Source: OCS155 cluster bacterium AG-349-E07 (GTDB taxonomy: Bacteria > Actinomycetota > Acidimicrobiia > Actinomarinales > Actinomarinaceae). From it: a stretch of 64,000 bases of DNA. The notes under the pieces are model-generated. The model was not told where the DNA came from. It did not search any database and saw only the letters and a list, made by a program, of their open reading frames with translations. Below are positions 39,789 to 49,430 of the stretch, in pieces. Position 1 is the stretch's first letter; every line of letters starts with the position of its first letter. Both the position numbers and the translations under genes were made by a program. Location: assembly GCA_003281085.1 (NCBI GenBank), contig QCCZ01000004.1, positions 3,419 to 67,418 of the forward strand, given 5' to 3'.

Positions 39789-41357
39789 TTAACCCCCAAA
39801 GGCTTTGGATAGCATGGCTATAACTGCATCATTCGTTGCACCAAATATTAATTTAGGAAATACCCCAATTAATACTGTTAAAACAACTAGTGGAATCCAT
39901 GCTGAAAGCTCATAAACATCTGCATCATGAAGATCTTTGTCTAACCATTCATCTGATGGCTCTCCTAAATTAACTCTTTGTAACATCCAAAGTAAATAAC
40001 CTGCGGTTAAGACAGTTCCAATAGCACCGGCAACCATCGAAGTTCTAAATACAGTTATATTTAAACCATCTAATGGATTGTAAGCTCCTAATAAAGCCAT
40101 GAATTCTCCCCAAAAGCCAGCAAGGCCTGGGAGGCCTAATGAAGCCATCGCAGTAAACCCTAACAATGCACCCGTTTTTGGGAGTAACTTCATGTTTCCT
40201 CCTAATCTGCCCATATCTCTTGTGTGGTAAGTATGTGCCATAGAGCCTGACAAGAAGAAAAGTAATCCAGTGATTACCCCATGAGCAACCATTCCTATCA
40301 TTGCGGCATTAATTCCTATAGGCGTTAAAGATGCTATTCCTAACATAACAAAACCCATATGACCGACTGATGAAAAAGCGATTAGTCTCTTTAAATCTGT
40401 CTGTGCAAGGCAAGCCAAAGATCCATATATAATTCCAATTGCCGAAAGAATGGCTATTGCTGGAGCCCATGCTTTTGCCTGATCTGGAAGTATAGGTATT
40501 GCAATTCTGACAAAACCGTATGATCCAAGCTTCAATAAAATTGCTGCCAGTAATACTGAGCCAACAGTCGGTGCTGCTGTGTGAGCATCTGGAAGCCATG
40601 TGTGAAGAGGCCACATTGGGACTTTTACAGCAAAACCCAAAAATAATACTGCAAATACCAGCGTTGCAAATGTTCCTGTAAATGCGCCTGAGGTTCCCAA
40701 CTCAATTAACTCAGGAATACTAAATGTTTTATTTCCCCGATAATAAAGTCCCAAAAAACCAAGAAGCATAAAAGCAGATCCAAATAATGTGAAAACAAAA
40801 AACTTAATACTTGCATAAAGCCTCGTCTCTATTTGATTTTTAAATCCAGATACAGTCCTTACAGTTTTATCGCCCCATATTCCGATCATAAAATACATAG
40901 GTAGTAATACAATTTCAAAAAATACGAAGAAAAGAATCAAATCTAAAGCTACAAATGTTCCATTCATTCCTGTTTCAAGAACGAGTATTAAAGCTAAAAA
41001 ACCTTTAGGACTTTTTGGTTCAGGTAAATGCTCTATTGAATAAATTATTGCTAGTACGGTAATAAAAGTTGATAACACTAAAAGAGGGAGAGATATACCG
41101 TCTATGCCAATTTCATAATTTGCATTTATACTTTTTATCCATGATATTTTATTACCAAGTTGGAGTTTGTCGGCTGAGGAAAAATCAAATTGAAATAGTA
41201 AGACTGCACTTAAAACAAAAGTGATGAGTGAAGAAACTAATGCAAACCTTTTAATTAATTGTTCCTGAGCTTTTGGTATCAATGTAATTATAAATGCACT
41301 AATCAAAGGGAAAAAGACTACAACAGAAAGCCCCATACCATTTGTCAATAATTCCAC
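39789..41357 (-). CDS. nuoM: NADH-quinone oxidoreductase subunit M
   Basis: 522 aa, antiporter-like, about 14 TM, with the block VPMWPLHTWLPDAHTAAPT. Confidence 0.93.
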   Translation of the reverse strand: MELLTNGMGLSVVVFFPLISAFIITLIPKAQEQLIKRFALVSSLITFVLSAVLLFQFDFSSADKLQLGNKISWIKSINANYEIGIDGISLPLLVLSTFITVLAIIYSIEHLPEPKSPKGFLALILVLETGMNGTFVALDLILFFVFFEIVLLPMYFMIGIWGDKTVRTVSGFKNQIETRLYASIKFFVFTLFGSAFMLLGFLGLYYRGNKTFSIPELIELGTSGAFTGTFATLVFAVLFLGFAVKVPMWPLHTWLPDAHTAAPTVGSVLLAAILLKLGSYGFVRIAIPILPDQAKAWAPAIAILSAIGIIYGSLACLAQTDLKRLIAFSSVGHMGFVMLGIASLTPIGINAAMIGMVAHGVITGLLFFLSGSMAHTYHTRDMGRLGGNMKLLPKTGALLGFTAMASLGLPGLAGFWGEFMALLGAYNPLDGLNITVFRTSMVAGAIGTVLTAGYLLWMLQRVNLGEPSDEWLDKDLHDADVYELSAWIPLVVLTVLIGVFPKLIFGATNDAVIAMLSKAFGG

Positions 41358-41367
41358 TTTTCCCCTC

Positions 41368-43383
41368 CTATGTTATAAATAAAATTAATAAACTAATTGT
41401 CACTACGCCACCTAAAAATAGCATTAAATATTGTTGTGTCTTGCCCGTTTGTAACAATTTAACCTTACCGCCAAAATTATCAGTTCCGGTTGAAGACATG
41501 TTTAACAATTTATCAATTCCATTTTGATCAAAATTATTGTACACAACACTACCCATTAAGGAAGCAACTTGTCCAAAACCATTTACAAATCTATCAATTA
41601 CATTTGTGTTAAATTTATCTACGGCTTTAGAAATATTAATTTTTACTGGATCAATTACAAACTTGAAATAAAAGTGATCTAGATAATATTTGTTTTCAAG
41701 AACTGACCATATAGGTTGAATTTTAATTTTATTATCACCTGTTTCTGCGCTTCCTTGCAACTGATATAAGTAATATCCAAGTGCGATACCTAGCAAACCA
41801 GCTAATAAGCCACTCGATAGTGCGAATAAGTCAAAGCTTTCCGGATGGTATTCAACAATTTTATTCTTCCTTGTTGTAACCCAGTCTGTAAATCCTGTGT
41901 AAACCCCAGGAATATTTACCCAACCTGAGGCTATTGCAAAGACAGACAGTGTTAGAAGCGGAGTTGTCATGAGATTGTGTGATTCGTGAGGATGGCCATG
42001 GCCTCTATACTCTCCAAGGAATGTTAAAGAAACTGCTCGAGTCATATAAAATGCTGTTATAAATGCACCTAAAACTGCTATAAAAAAGAAAGTAGTTTCT
42101 CCCTCATGATTAAATGAAGCAAGAATTTCATCTTTAGAGAAAAAACCTGCAAATGGTGGGAGTCCAGCTAAAGCAATAGTTCCAATTATGAATGTAGCAA
42201 ATGTCTTTGGCATAACTTTTCTCAAACCACCCATTTCTAACATACTATTGCTATGAACAGAGTGGATTACAGAACCTGCTCCTAAAAACAATAAAGCTTT
42301 GAAAAATGCGTGTGTCCACAAATGAAATAATGCAGCGGTATATGCGCCTGAACCAATTGCAGCAACCATATATCCCAACTGACTTACTGTTGAGTATGCA
42401 AGTACCTTTTTTAGATCGTCTTGTACAACCGCAATTAATCCAGCAGCTAATAAAGTAATAACACCGAAAAGCATCACAACATCTAATGCATCTGGTGCCA
42501 TTGCTTTATAAAATGGAAACATTCTTGCTAATAAATAAACACCAGCTGTGACCATTGTTGCTGCATGCATTAGTGCAGAGACAGGTGTTGGACCAGCCAT
42601 AGCATCAGGCAACCAAACATGTAATGGAAATTGAGCACTCTTACCCATCGCACCAACAAATAATAAAATTGCAGCAACAAACGCAACGGTAGATAACTTT
42701 TCATAATCATGTGTTGACTGATAAAGAATTTTAGAAATTCTCAATGTTCCAGTGTTTAAAGCTAAAATGATTATTCCAATCATCAACCCTACATCAGCTA
42801 TTTTATTTGTAATAAAAGCTTTCATGGCTGCAGAGGAATTATCTTTCTTCTCCCAGTAGTGACCTATTAGTAAGTAAGAGCAGACTCCAACAAGTTCCCA
42901 TCCAATTAAAATTTGAATAAGAGTTGGAGAAGATACTAAAACTAACATGCTTCCGGCAAATAGAGTTAGCGATGTAAAGAAAAAAGTATATCTAATTTCA
43001 CCTTCCATATAATTTGTTGCATAAATGAAAACAAGTAACGCAACCGTTCCAACAACAAAATACATCATTATTGATAGTCCGTCGACTACCCAGCCAAACT
43101 CAATATCAAATACACCAATACTTCCAACGTTTATAAAAAATTCATTTACAACACCACTTGTGATGTGTAAGTACATTAGTGCGGCACTGTACAAAAATAT
43201 TATTCCAATAGTAGTTAGGGCTACTTCTGCTCCTTTCAAAGGTAAATATTTACCTGTAAAAGTTATGACTAATGCAGCCACAAAGGGTAACACTACTAAT
43301 AACCAAGCATACTCTGCTAAGATTCCCCCGTCGGTGTAAACTAATTCACCTTCAGCAAAAACAGTGGGTTTGAAATTTACCAT
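41368..43383 (-). CDS. nuoL: NADH-quinone oxidoreductase subunit L
   Basis: 671 aa with the block SAQFPLHVWLPDAMAGPTPVSALMHAATMV and a long C-terminal extension typical of NuoL. Confidence 0.93.
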   Translation of the reverse strand: MVNFKPTVFAEGELVYTDGGILAEYAWLLVVLPFVAALVITFTGKYLPLKGAEVALTTIGIIFLYSAALMYLHITSGVVNEFFINVGSIGVFDIEFGWVVDGLSIMMYFVVGTVALLVFIYATNYMEGEIRYTFFFTSLTLFAGSMLVLVSSPTLIQILIGWELVGVCSYLLIGHYWEKKDNSSAAMKAFITNKIADVGLMIGIIILALNTGTLRISKILYQSTHDYEKLSTVAFVAAILLFVGAMGKSAQFPLHVWLPDAMAGPTPVSALMHAATMVTAGVYLLARMFPFYKAMAPDALDVVMLFGVITLLAAGLIAVVQDDLKKVLAYSTVSQLGYMVAAIGSGAYTAALFHLWTHAFFKALLFLGAGSVIHSVHSNSMLEMGGLRKVMPKTFATFIIGTIALAGLPPFAGFFSKDEILASFNHEGETTFFFIAVLGAFITAFYMTRAVSLTFLGEYRGHGHPHESHNLMTTPLLTLSVFAIASGWVNIPGVYTGFTDWVTTRKNKIVEYHPESFDLFALSSGLLAGLLGIALGYYLYQLQGSAETGDNKIKIQPIWSVLENKYYLDHFYFKFVIDPVKINISKAVDKFNTNVIDRFVNGFGQVASLMGSVVYNNFDQNGIDKLLNMSSTGTDNFGGKVKLLQTGKTQQYLMLFLGGVVTISLLILFIT

Positions 43384-43682
43384 TTCATTAAATCAAATTC
43401 GTTTATGTTAGCTGTTTGTCTGTTTCTAAATAACATGAGTACAATCGCTAATCCTATGCCTACTTCAGCTGCTGCAATCGTAATAATAAAAATCGTAAAA
43501 ATTTGTCCCTGCATTAAAGTATCAGCGAGCATCGTATCAAACAAGATGAAATTAATATTTACAGAGTTAAGAATGAGTTCGATAGATAAGAGAACCATTA
43601 CAGCATTCCTTCTGACTAATATTCCATAAATGCCTAGCGAAAATAAAGCAGCTGCTACTACTAAAACGGGTTGGACAATCAA
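43377..43682 (-). CDS. nuoK: NADH-quinone oxidoreductase subunit K
   Basis: 101 aa, three TM, with the block SIELILNSVNINF..AAAEVGIGLAI. Confidence 0.92.
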   Translation of the reverse strand: MIVQPVLVVAAALFSLGIYGILVRRNAVMVLLSIELILNSVNINFILFDTMLADTLMQGQIFTIFIITIAAAEVGIGLAIVLMLFRNRQTANINEFDLMKW

Positions 43683-44197
43683 ACTTGATCCTCATCAATT
43701 AGTGCTTCATCTTTTCTAGCTAATGTTATTCCTCCAATTAGAGCAGCAAGTAAAACAAACGAAACTAATTCAAAGGGAAAAACAAATCTACTAAGCAGTA
43801 TTTCTCCTAGCAGTTCAGTAGAAGAGCCGGAAGTTACGACAACTTGGCCATCAAATCCATTTACTAATATGTATGAAAACAAGAAAAATATTGAGCCTGC
43901 GATTGCCGCCCCTAATTTTTTATTTTTATCGTTATCAAGCTCGGCATTTTTTCCTAATGGTGCCCGAGTAATCATAATTCCGAATAAAAAGAGAACTATA
44001 ACCGCGCCAATATATACAAGCACTAATACAAGAGCAACAAACTCCGTTGAAAGAAGTAAAAATAATACAGAAGTCAAGGCTAGTGTAAACACAAGGGATA
44101 TAGCAGCATGAATCACGTTTGAAGTTGTTACTACCCTAAGAGCGGTTGAAACCAATAAAAGAAGAACGAAGTAAGTTACAATCTCAAAAATTTCCAT
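43679..44197 (-). CDS. nuoJ: NADH-quinone oxidoreductase subunit J
   Basis: 172 aa, five TM. Its position between nuoI and nuoK and its YIGAVIVLFLFGIM block support the call. Confidence 0.88.
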   Translation of the reverse strand: MEIFEIVTYFVLLLLVSTALRVVTTSNVIHAAISLVFTLALTSVLFLLLSTEFVALVLVLVYIGAVIVLFLFGIMITRAPLGKNAELDNDKNKKLGAAIAGSIFFLFSYILVNGFDGQVVVTSGSSTELLGEILLSRFVFPFELVSFVLLAALIGGITLARKDEALIDEDQV

Positions 44198-44199
44198 TT

Positions 44200-44685
44200 T
44201 TAACTTTCGAGTCCCTCAGGATCTGGAACAGTTTGGAGCCAATCGTCTAGGCGTTCTTTGTCGTGCAACATGTCACCCATGTTGAATTCAGAATATTCAT
44301 ATTCTGGTGACCAAAACAAAGCATCGAATGGGCAAACTTCTACACAAATTCCACAATACATACATAGTGCATAGTCAATGTCAAACCTGTCCAAGACAGC
44401 TCTACTTCTTTGTCTACCTCCAGGTTTTGAAGGAGGTTGTAATTCTTTATGGCCTTCTATATAAATACACCAATCAGGGCACTGTCGTGCACACAACATA
44501 CAACTGGTGCATGCTTCTTGGTCTAAAGCAATAACCCCTCTTGCTCTTGGTGCGACTTTTTCTTTTTCAAATGGATAGTTGACATTTGGTTTTGAATGGA
44601 ATGGAGATAAAGTTTTAAGCATATTTACAATGACAATTTTTATTCCGATTAAAAATCCTGGTATTTTTGGCTTGAATGTCTTCAT
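44200..44685 (-). CDS. nuoI: NADH-quinone oxidoreductase subunit I
   Basis: 161 aa with two 4Fe-4S ferredoxin motifs, CTSCMLCARQCP and CMYCGICVEVCP. Confidence 0.93.
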   Translation of the reverse strand: MKTFKPKIPGFLIGIKIVIVNMLKTLSPFHSKPNVNYPFEKEKVAPRARGVIALDQEACTSCMLCARQCPDWCIYIEGHKELQPPSKPGGRQRSRAVLDRFDIDYALCMYCGICVEVCPFDALFWSPEYEYSEFNMGDMLHDKERLDDWLQTVPDPEGLES

Positions 44686-45656
44686 TAAAATCCAACTTTC
44701 ATAATTGCAGTTACAAGAATATTAACTAAAGATGCCGGAATAAGTATCTTCCAAGCAAGGTTTTGTAATTGATCTTCTCTAAATCTTGGTTGTGACCACC
44801 TTATTGCTACCAAGATAAAACCTAAAATAGCAGTTTTAGTTAAGAGAACAACAGGTCCATAAAAGTTTACCCATTCTGTTGGTAGTAGAGGCACATGATA
44901 ACCACCAAGAAATAGTGTTGAAGCAATAGCACATAAAATGAACATATTCATGTATTCAGAAATATAAAAAATAAGAAATCTAATCCCAGAATATTCTGTC
45001 ATAAATCCCATAGTTAATTCTGATTCACCAATTGGCATATCAAATGGCACTCTCATCATTTCAGCTGTTGCGGCAACCATAAAAATTAGAAAACCAACTA
45101 TCTGTCCACCAACAACAAAAGGAACTCCCCATTCAATTTGTTTCTCTACGATCCCAACTAATGACATAGTTTCAGCTTGAATAACAACCCCGACTACAGC
45201 AAGTATCAGTGGGAGTTCGTATGCTATGAGCTGTCCTGCCGCTCTTAGTCCTCCCATAAGGGAGTATTTATTTGCTGATGACCATCCAGCAGTTAATACA
45301 CCTATGGTTCCTAAAGAGCTAATTGCAAGTGCAAAGAAAACACCTAGTTCTAAATCTGCAACTACTAATGTAGGACTCATTGGAACTACAGCAAAAAGAG
45401 CAACACAAGAAACCATAACATACGCAGGTGCCCATTTAAATACTGGCCTGTCAACTTCAGTTGGAATTATGTCTTCTTTTTGAACAAATTTTAGTATTTC
45501 AGCTAACGGAAATATAAAACCTCTAAGTCCAACATGTAAAGGCCCTGGCCTTCTCTGCATCCAGGAGGCACCTTTAACATCCATAATTGTAAAAATGATT
45601 GCGCCATTTAATGCAGCAAGTGCAAGAAAGCCAACTTTTGCTAAGACGTCTGTCAT
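44685..45656 (-). CDS. nuoH: NADH-quinone oxidoreductase subunit H
   Basis: 323 aa, eight TM, with NuoH/ND1 blocks (MQRRPGP..G, EFMTEYSG variant GFMTEYSG). Its start overlaps the nuoD stop by 4 nt. Confidence 0.93.
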   Translation of the reverse strand: MTDVLAKVGFLALAALNGAIIFTIMDVKGASWMQRRPGPLHVGLRGFIFPLAEILKFVQKEDIIPTEVDRPVFKWAPAYVMVSCVALFAVVPMSPTLVVADLELGVFFALAISSLGTIGVLTAGWSSANKYSLMGGLRAAGQLIAYELPLILAVVGVVIQAETMSLVGIVEKQIEWGVPFVVGGQIVGFLIFMVAATAEMMRVPFDMPIGESELTMGFMTEYSGIRFLIFYISEYMNMFILCAIASTLFLGGYHVPLLPTEWVNFYGPVVLLTKTAILGFILVAIRWSQPRFREDQLQNLAWKILIPASLVNILVTAIMKVGF

Positions 45657-46861
45657 CTGTCAACATCTCCCAACACAAAATCTAAACTACCCATTATTGC
45701 AATTAAGTCTGGTAGTAATGCACCCTCAAGCATAATAGGTAAAATTGAAACATTGCTAAATGAAGCTGTTCGAACTTTAAGCCTGTATGGTCCAAGCCCT
45801 CCATCTGAAATTATGTAGTAACCCATTTCTCCCTTTGGATTTTCAGCTCTTACATAAGTACGACCTTTAGGGACTTTTATAACTTTAGGAACTTTTGCTT
45901 GTAGCGGTCCAGAAGGCATTGAATCAATTGCTTGCAAAACTATTTTTGCTGACTCAACCATTTCTTTTACCCTGACGTCCCATCGATCGTAACAATCTCC
46001 ATTCTCTCCAACAGGAATATCGTAATCAAATTGATCATATGGCAAATAATCTGTTTGTGTTCTGAGGTCAGACTTAACTCCTGAAGCTCTAAGTATTGGC
46101 CCTGAAACACCATAGGCTTCTGCTGTCTCAGCAGTTAGTACTCCAACATTTTTTGTTCTTTTTTTAAATACTTCATTTCCACCTATTAAGTTCTGAAATT
46201 GATCAGCAGCTTCTATTACTTTTTCCATTGCAACTTTGGTATCTCTATAAAATCCAGCAGGTAAATCTTGAATATTTTTTTTCGAAGTAGGACCTGCTCC
46301 AGCTGCTGGTTTTACTCCACCTATTCGATTAAAGTTTGGATGAAAGCGACCACCAGTAACTGACTCAATTAAATCTAAAACTCTTTCTCTATCTTCCATC
46401 GCATAAAAAATCGGAGTTAATGCACCAACTTCAAGAGCATAAGCTCCATTAAATACAAAATGTGAAGAAATTCTAGCCATTTCAGTAAGAATTAATCTGA
46501 TATGTTTAGCTCTTTCAGGCACTTCAATTTCCATTAATCTTTCAGCACCAGCAATAAAAGGAATTTCATTAGAAAACCCTGCAACCCAATCAATACGGTT
46601 TACAAGTGTGGTTATCTGGGGATATGTTCTAACCTCTGCTAATTTTTCATATCCACGATGCATGTATCCAAGTACGGGTTTGACATCATGAACTTTTTCT
46701 CCATCTACTTTAGCGACCAATCTAAGTACTCCATGGGTTGATGGATGTTGAGGTCCAATGTTCAGCGTCATGTCTTCAGTTTCAATTTCTACTGATACAG
46801 ATGCCTCAGAAAAGTTATTCATATTTTGAGGATCTAGTGCATTAATCATCAGTTGTTTCAT
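45653..46861 (-). CDS. nuoD: NADH-quinone oxidoreductase subunit D
   Basis: 402 aa with NIGPQHPSTHGVLRLV, GYMHRGYEKL and the C-terminal SLDFVLGDVDR. Confidence 0.95.
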   Translation of the reverse strand: MKQLMINALDPQNMNNFSEASVSVEIETEDMTLNIGPQHPSTHGVLRLVAKVDGEKVHDVKPVLGYMHRGYEKLAEVRTYPQITTLVNRIDWVAGFSNEIPFIAGAERLMEIEVPERAKHIRLILTEMARISSHFVFNGAYALEVGALTPIFYAMEDRERVLDLIESVTGGRFHPNFNRIGGVKPAAGAGPTSKKNIQDLPAGFYRDTKVAMEKVIEAADQFQNLIGGNEVFKKRTKNVGVLTAETAEAYGVSGPILRASGVKSDLRTQTDYLPYDQFDYDIPVGENGDCYDRWDVRVKEMVESAKIVLQAIDSMPSGPLQAKVPKVIKVPKGRTYVRAENPKGEMGYYIISDGGLGPYRLKVRTASFSNVSILPIMLEGALLPDLIAIMGSLDFVLGDVDR

Positions 46862-47387
46862 CGCTTTCTGATTCTTCAGGCATTCCTTCTACATCAACAT
46901 CTCCCGGCCAAGGCTTTACTTCCCTACTAATTAGTTCAAAAGATTTAAGCATAGGATTGCCTTCGTATCCGTCAGGAAGATATAATTTTTCAAGATTTGG
47001 ATGATTTTCAAAATTTATTCCAAACATTTCGTGTGCTTCTCTCTCATGCCAGTTTGCTCCTGCATACACTTCTATAAGAGAGTCAATCTTTGGATCTGAT
47101 TTACCAATACTTGTCGAAACAACAATTAAATTAGTATTTGCTAAGTCCGATAAGCATGTAATTACTTCGAAACAGGGTGAAACGCTTTCTTTAGGAGCTT
47201 CACCAACAGAAACATCATTGTCCCAATCTACTGCTGAAAGCCAGGAGAAAAATTTCAAATTAAATTCATCTCTAAGTTTTTTATGTGCTTCAATCCACTC
47301 TGTTGAGTCAACTTTAATATTTATTGTTTCAAACTCTAATACAGCGTCTTTAAAGCTTTCTTTTATATTGTTATAAAATTCTTCCAT
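46842..47387 (-). CDS. nuoC: NADH-quinone oxidoreductase subunit C
   Basis: 181 aa with the 30-kDa subunit motif ANWHEREAHEMFGINFENHP and an acidic C-terminal tail. Confidence 0.92.
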   Translation of the reverse strand: MEEFYNNIKESFKDAVLEFETINIKVDSTEWIEAHKKLRDEFNLKFFSWLSAVDWDNDVSVGEAPKESVSPCFEVITCLSDLANTNLIVVSTSIGKSDPKIDSLIEVYAGANWHEREAHEMFGINFENHPNLEKLYLPDGYEGNPMLKSFELISREVKPWPGDVDVEGMPEESESDETTDD

Positions 47388-47388
47388 C

Positions 47389-47886
47389 TTAAATTGGCTC
47401 AGTTTGAACTTCTGTCCATTTTTCTTTCATATCTTCTCCACGAATTTTTTTCTGAAGAAGAATTATGCCCTCCTGAAGTGCTTCTGGTCTTGGCGGACAA
47501 CCTGGAACGTAGACATCTACAGGAATTAGTTGATCGACGCCCTTGGTGACTGAGTAAGAATCCCAATATGGACCGCCACTATTAGAGCAAGAGCCCATTG
47601 AAATAACATACTTTGGTTCTGGCATTTGATCATAGAGCCTTTTGACAGAAGGAGCCATTTTGTCTGTTACTGTTCCAGCTACAATCATGAAATCAGCCTG
47701 TCGCGGAGATGCGGGAAGTGGAATTACTCCTAATCTCATAAAATCGTGCCTAGGTCCACTTACAGCCATAACTTCAATGGCGCAACATGCTAATCCGAAT
47801 TGAAAATACCAAAGTGAATATGATCTAGCCCAGTTAAAAACTGATGATATAGGTTTTGGAAGACCAAATTTGTCTATGACTCCCAC
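47389..47886 (-). CDS. nuoB: NADH-quinone oxidoreductase subunit B
   Basis: 165 aa with cluster-N2 ligand contexts [16 protein letters not shown] and VPGCPPRPE. Confidence 0.95.
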   Translation of the reverse strand: MGVIDKFGLPKPISSVFNWARSYSLWYFQFGLACCAIEVMAVSGPRHDFMRLGVIPLPASPRQADFMIVAGTVTDKMAPSVKRLYDQMPEPKYVISMGSCSNSGGPYWDSYSVTKGVDQLIPVDVYVPGCPPRPEALQEGIILLQKKIRGEDMKEKWTEVQTEPI

Positions 47887-48242
47887 TTAAGCACATCCTT
47901 TCTTATTGCATATATAAGACCAATTAAAAGAATGAATATAAAAACAAACATTTCAATTAATCCAAAATAACCCAGCTTTTCTAAATTAATAGCCCATGGA
48001 AATATGAAGACTGCTTCAACATCAAAAATTACGAAAAGTAAACCAAATATATAGTATCTAACATATGTTTGACTCCATCCTGTACCTACAGGGTCTACAC
48101 CACATTCATAAGTTTGCAGTTTTTCAGGATAAGGCTTGTTTGGTCTGAGCACAGAGGCCACCCCGAGTAATAATACAACAAGAAATAAGCCGAATCCCAG
48201 CACTGCTCCTATGGTCACGTAGTCTTGAAAATAAGAAATCAT
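47874..48242 (-). CDS. nuoA: NADH-quinone oxidoreductase subunit A
   Basis: 122 aa, three TM, with the YECGVDP motif. An in-frame stop lies two codons upstream of the ATG. Confidence 0.92.
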   Translation of the reverse strand: MISYFQDYVTIGAVLGFGLFLVVLLLGVASVLRPNKPYPEKLQTYECGVDPVGTGWSQTYVRYYIFGLLFVIFDVEAVFIFPWAINLEKLGYFGLIEMFVFIFILLIGLIYAIRKDVLKWES

Positions 48243-48249
48243 AATTTAT

Positions 48250-48283
48250 AGTTTAGTTAAGCCTCTAAAAAGTTTAGTTTTTT
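48250..48283 (-). promoter_or_regulatory. Two copies of AGTTTAGTT (plus-strand spelling), 21 bp apart, upstream of nuoA
   Basis: Copies lie at 48250-48258 and 48271-48279. The distal copy extends to the 14-mer AAGTTTAGTTTTTT (48270-48283), which is also found upstream of the heliorhodopsin gene. On the coding strand it contains the -10-like TAAACT. Confidence 0.35.
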
Positions 48284-48323
48284 CTCAAACTTCAGTGTAA
48301 TTTTTTTGTAAGATTTTTTATAA

Positions 48324-49412
48324 GTGATTAATAAAAATTTTTTAGAAGAACCCAACATAGTAGATCTTGCCAAAGAAATCTTTAAAGAAGTGGTTCAAAA
48401 TAAATTAGAAATAAATACAAGATTTAGTCTATTGTCAGATGATCTATATGAGGCAGACACTATAAACTTCATACTGGCTGACGGACTCGGTTATGAAAAT
48501 CTAAACAGTACAGATTCTTATCTAAATAAAAATGTTACAAAATCTATTAATACAACATTTCCTTCCTCAACAAACGTGGCTTTATCATCAATTTCGTTTA
48601 TGAAAAATCCGATTGAGCACGGGCTGATAGGTTACTACATGTATGACAAATCACAATACGGACTAATAAATGCATTAAATTGGAATGAAGATAATAAAAA
48701 TTTATTATTAGGTAATCATTTTCAAAAACAAAATTCAATTTGGAAAATTTTTAAAGAAAATAAAATTTATGCTTCTAATTTTCAGCCTAGAAATCTAGTA
48801 GGAACTCCTCTCTCAGATTGTCTATATGAGTTATCGAGCACTATTCCATATGACGATGAGCAAAATCTTTTAGAATTACTTTCAGAATCGACAATTTTGG
48901 AAAATAGATTTAATTTTATCTATTATCCCCTAATTGATGTTACGGCTCATATATTTGGGGTGAATTCAGAAGAGTGGCAGATAGAAATAACTAAATTTGA
49001 AAAATTGGTTAATGAGATTACAAATATAAGTAATAAGAAAACAAAAACTATTATTTCTGCTGATCACGGTCTTGTAAATATTAATACAGAAAATCGTCAT
49101 GATCTGAATTACAATGATGATTTACAAATATATGGAGATCAACGTTCAGTTTATATAAATGGATCTAAAGAGAGTGTTTTAGAAGCTTTTTCTCAAATAC
49201 CTGGTGTCTTATTGGAGAAACAAGAGTTATCTTGTCTCCTAGGTGAACCTACAAATGAATTTTTAGAATCAATTTATCCTGATTTTTGTTTTTTAGTTGA
49301 AGATAAAAATATTATTTATCCAAAACACCTTTCTGCACAGTTGAAGGGTTACCATGGAGGTTTGTCTAAAGAAGAAATAAAAATTCCAATAATTGAATTA
49401 TCTAACTACTAA
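48324..49412 (+). CDS. Alkaline-phosphatase-superfamily protein (nucleotide pyrophosphatase/phosphodiesterase-like)
   Basis: 362 aa with a GTG start. The N-terminal FILADGLGYENL and the later ISADHGL resemble the metal-site motifs of the AP superfamily. The subfamily is not assignable by eye. Confidence 0.55.
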   Translation: MINKNFLEEPNIVDLAKEIFKEVVQNKLEINTRFSLLSDDLYEADTINFILADGLGYENLNSTDSYLNKNVTKSINTTFPSSTNVALSSISFMKNPIEHGLIGYYMYDKSQYGLINALNWNEDNKNLLLGNHFQKQNSIWKIFKENKIYASNFQPRNLVGTPLSDCLYELSSTIPYDDEQNLLELLSESTILENRFNFIYYPLIDVTAHIFGVNSEEWQIEITKFEKLVNEITNISNKKTKTIISADHGLVNINTENRHDLNYNDDLQIYGDQRSVYINGSKESVLEAFSQIPGVLLEKQELSCLLGEPTNEFLESIYPDFCFLVEDKNIIYPKHLSAQLKGYHGGLSKEEIKIPIIELSNY

Positions 49413-49430
49413 ATTACTTATACTTGACAT

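Noticed and set aside
17269-40614. Same-strand alternative-frame ORFs inside larger genes (17269-17463 in tuf, 20228-20410 in rpsG, 22438-22629 in rpoC, 27019-27252 in rpoB, 40309-40614 in nuoM).
   Set aside because: Each is embedded out of frame in a well-supported gene. They have no ribosome-binding site and no family resemblance.
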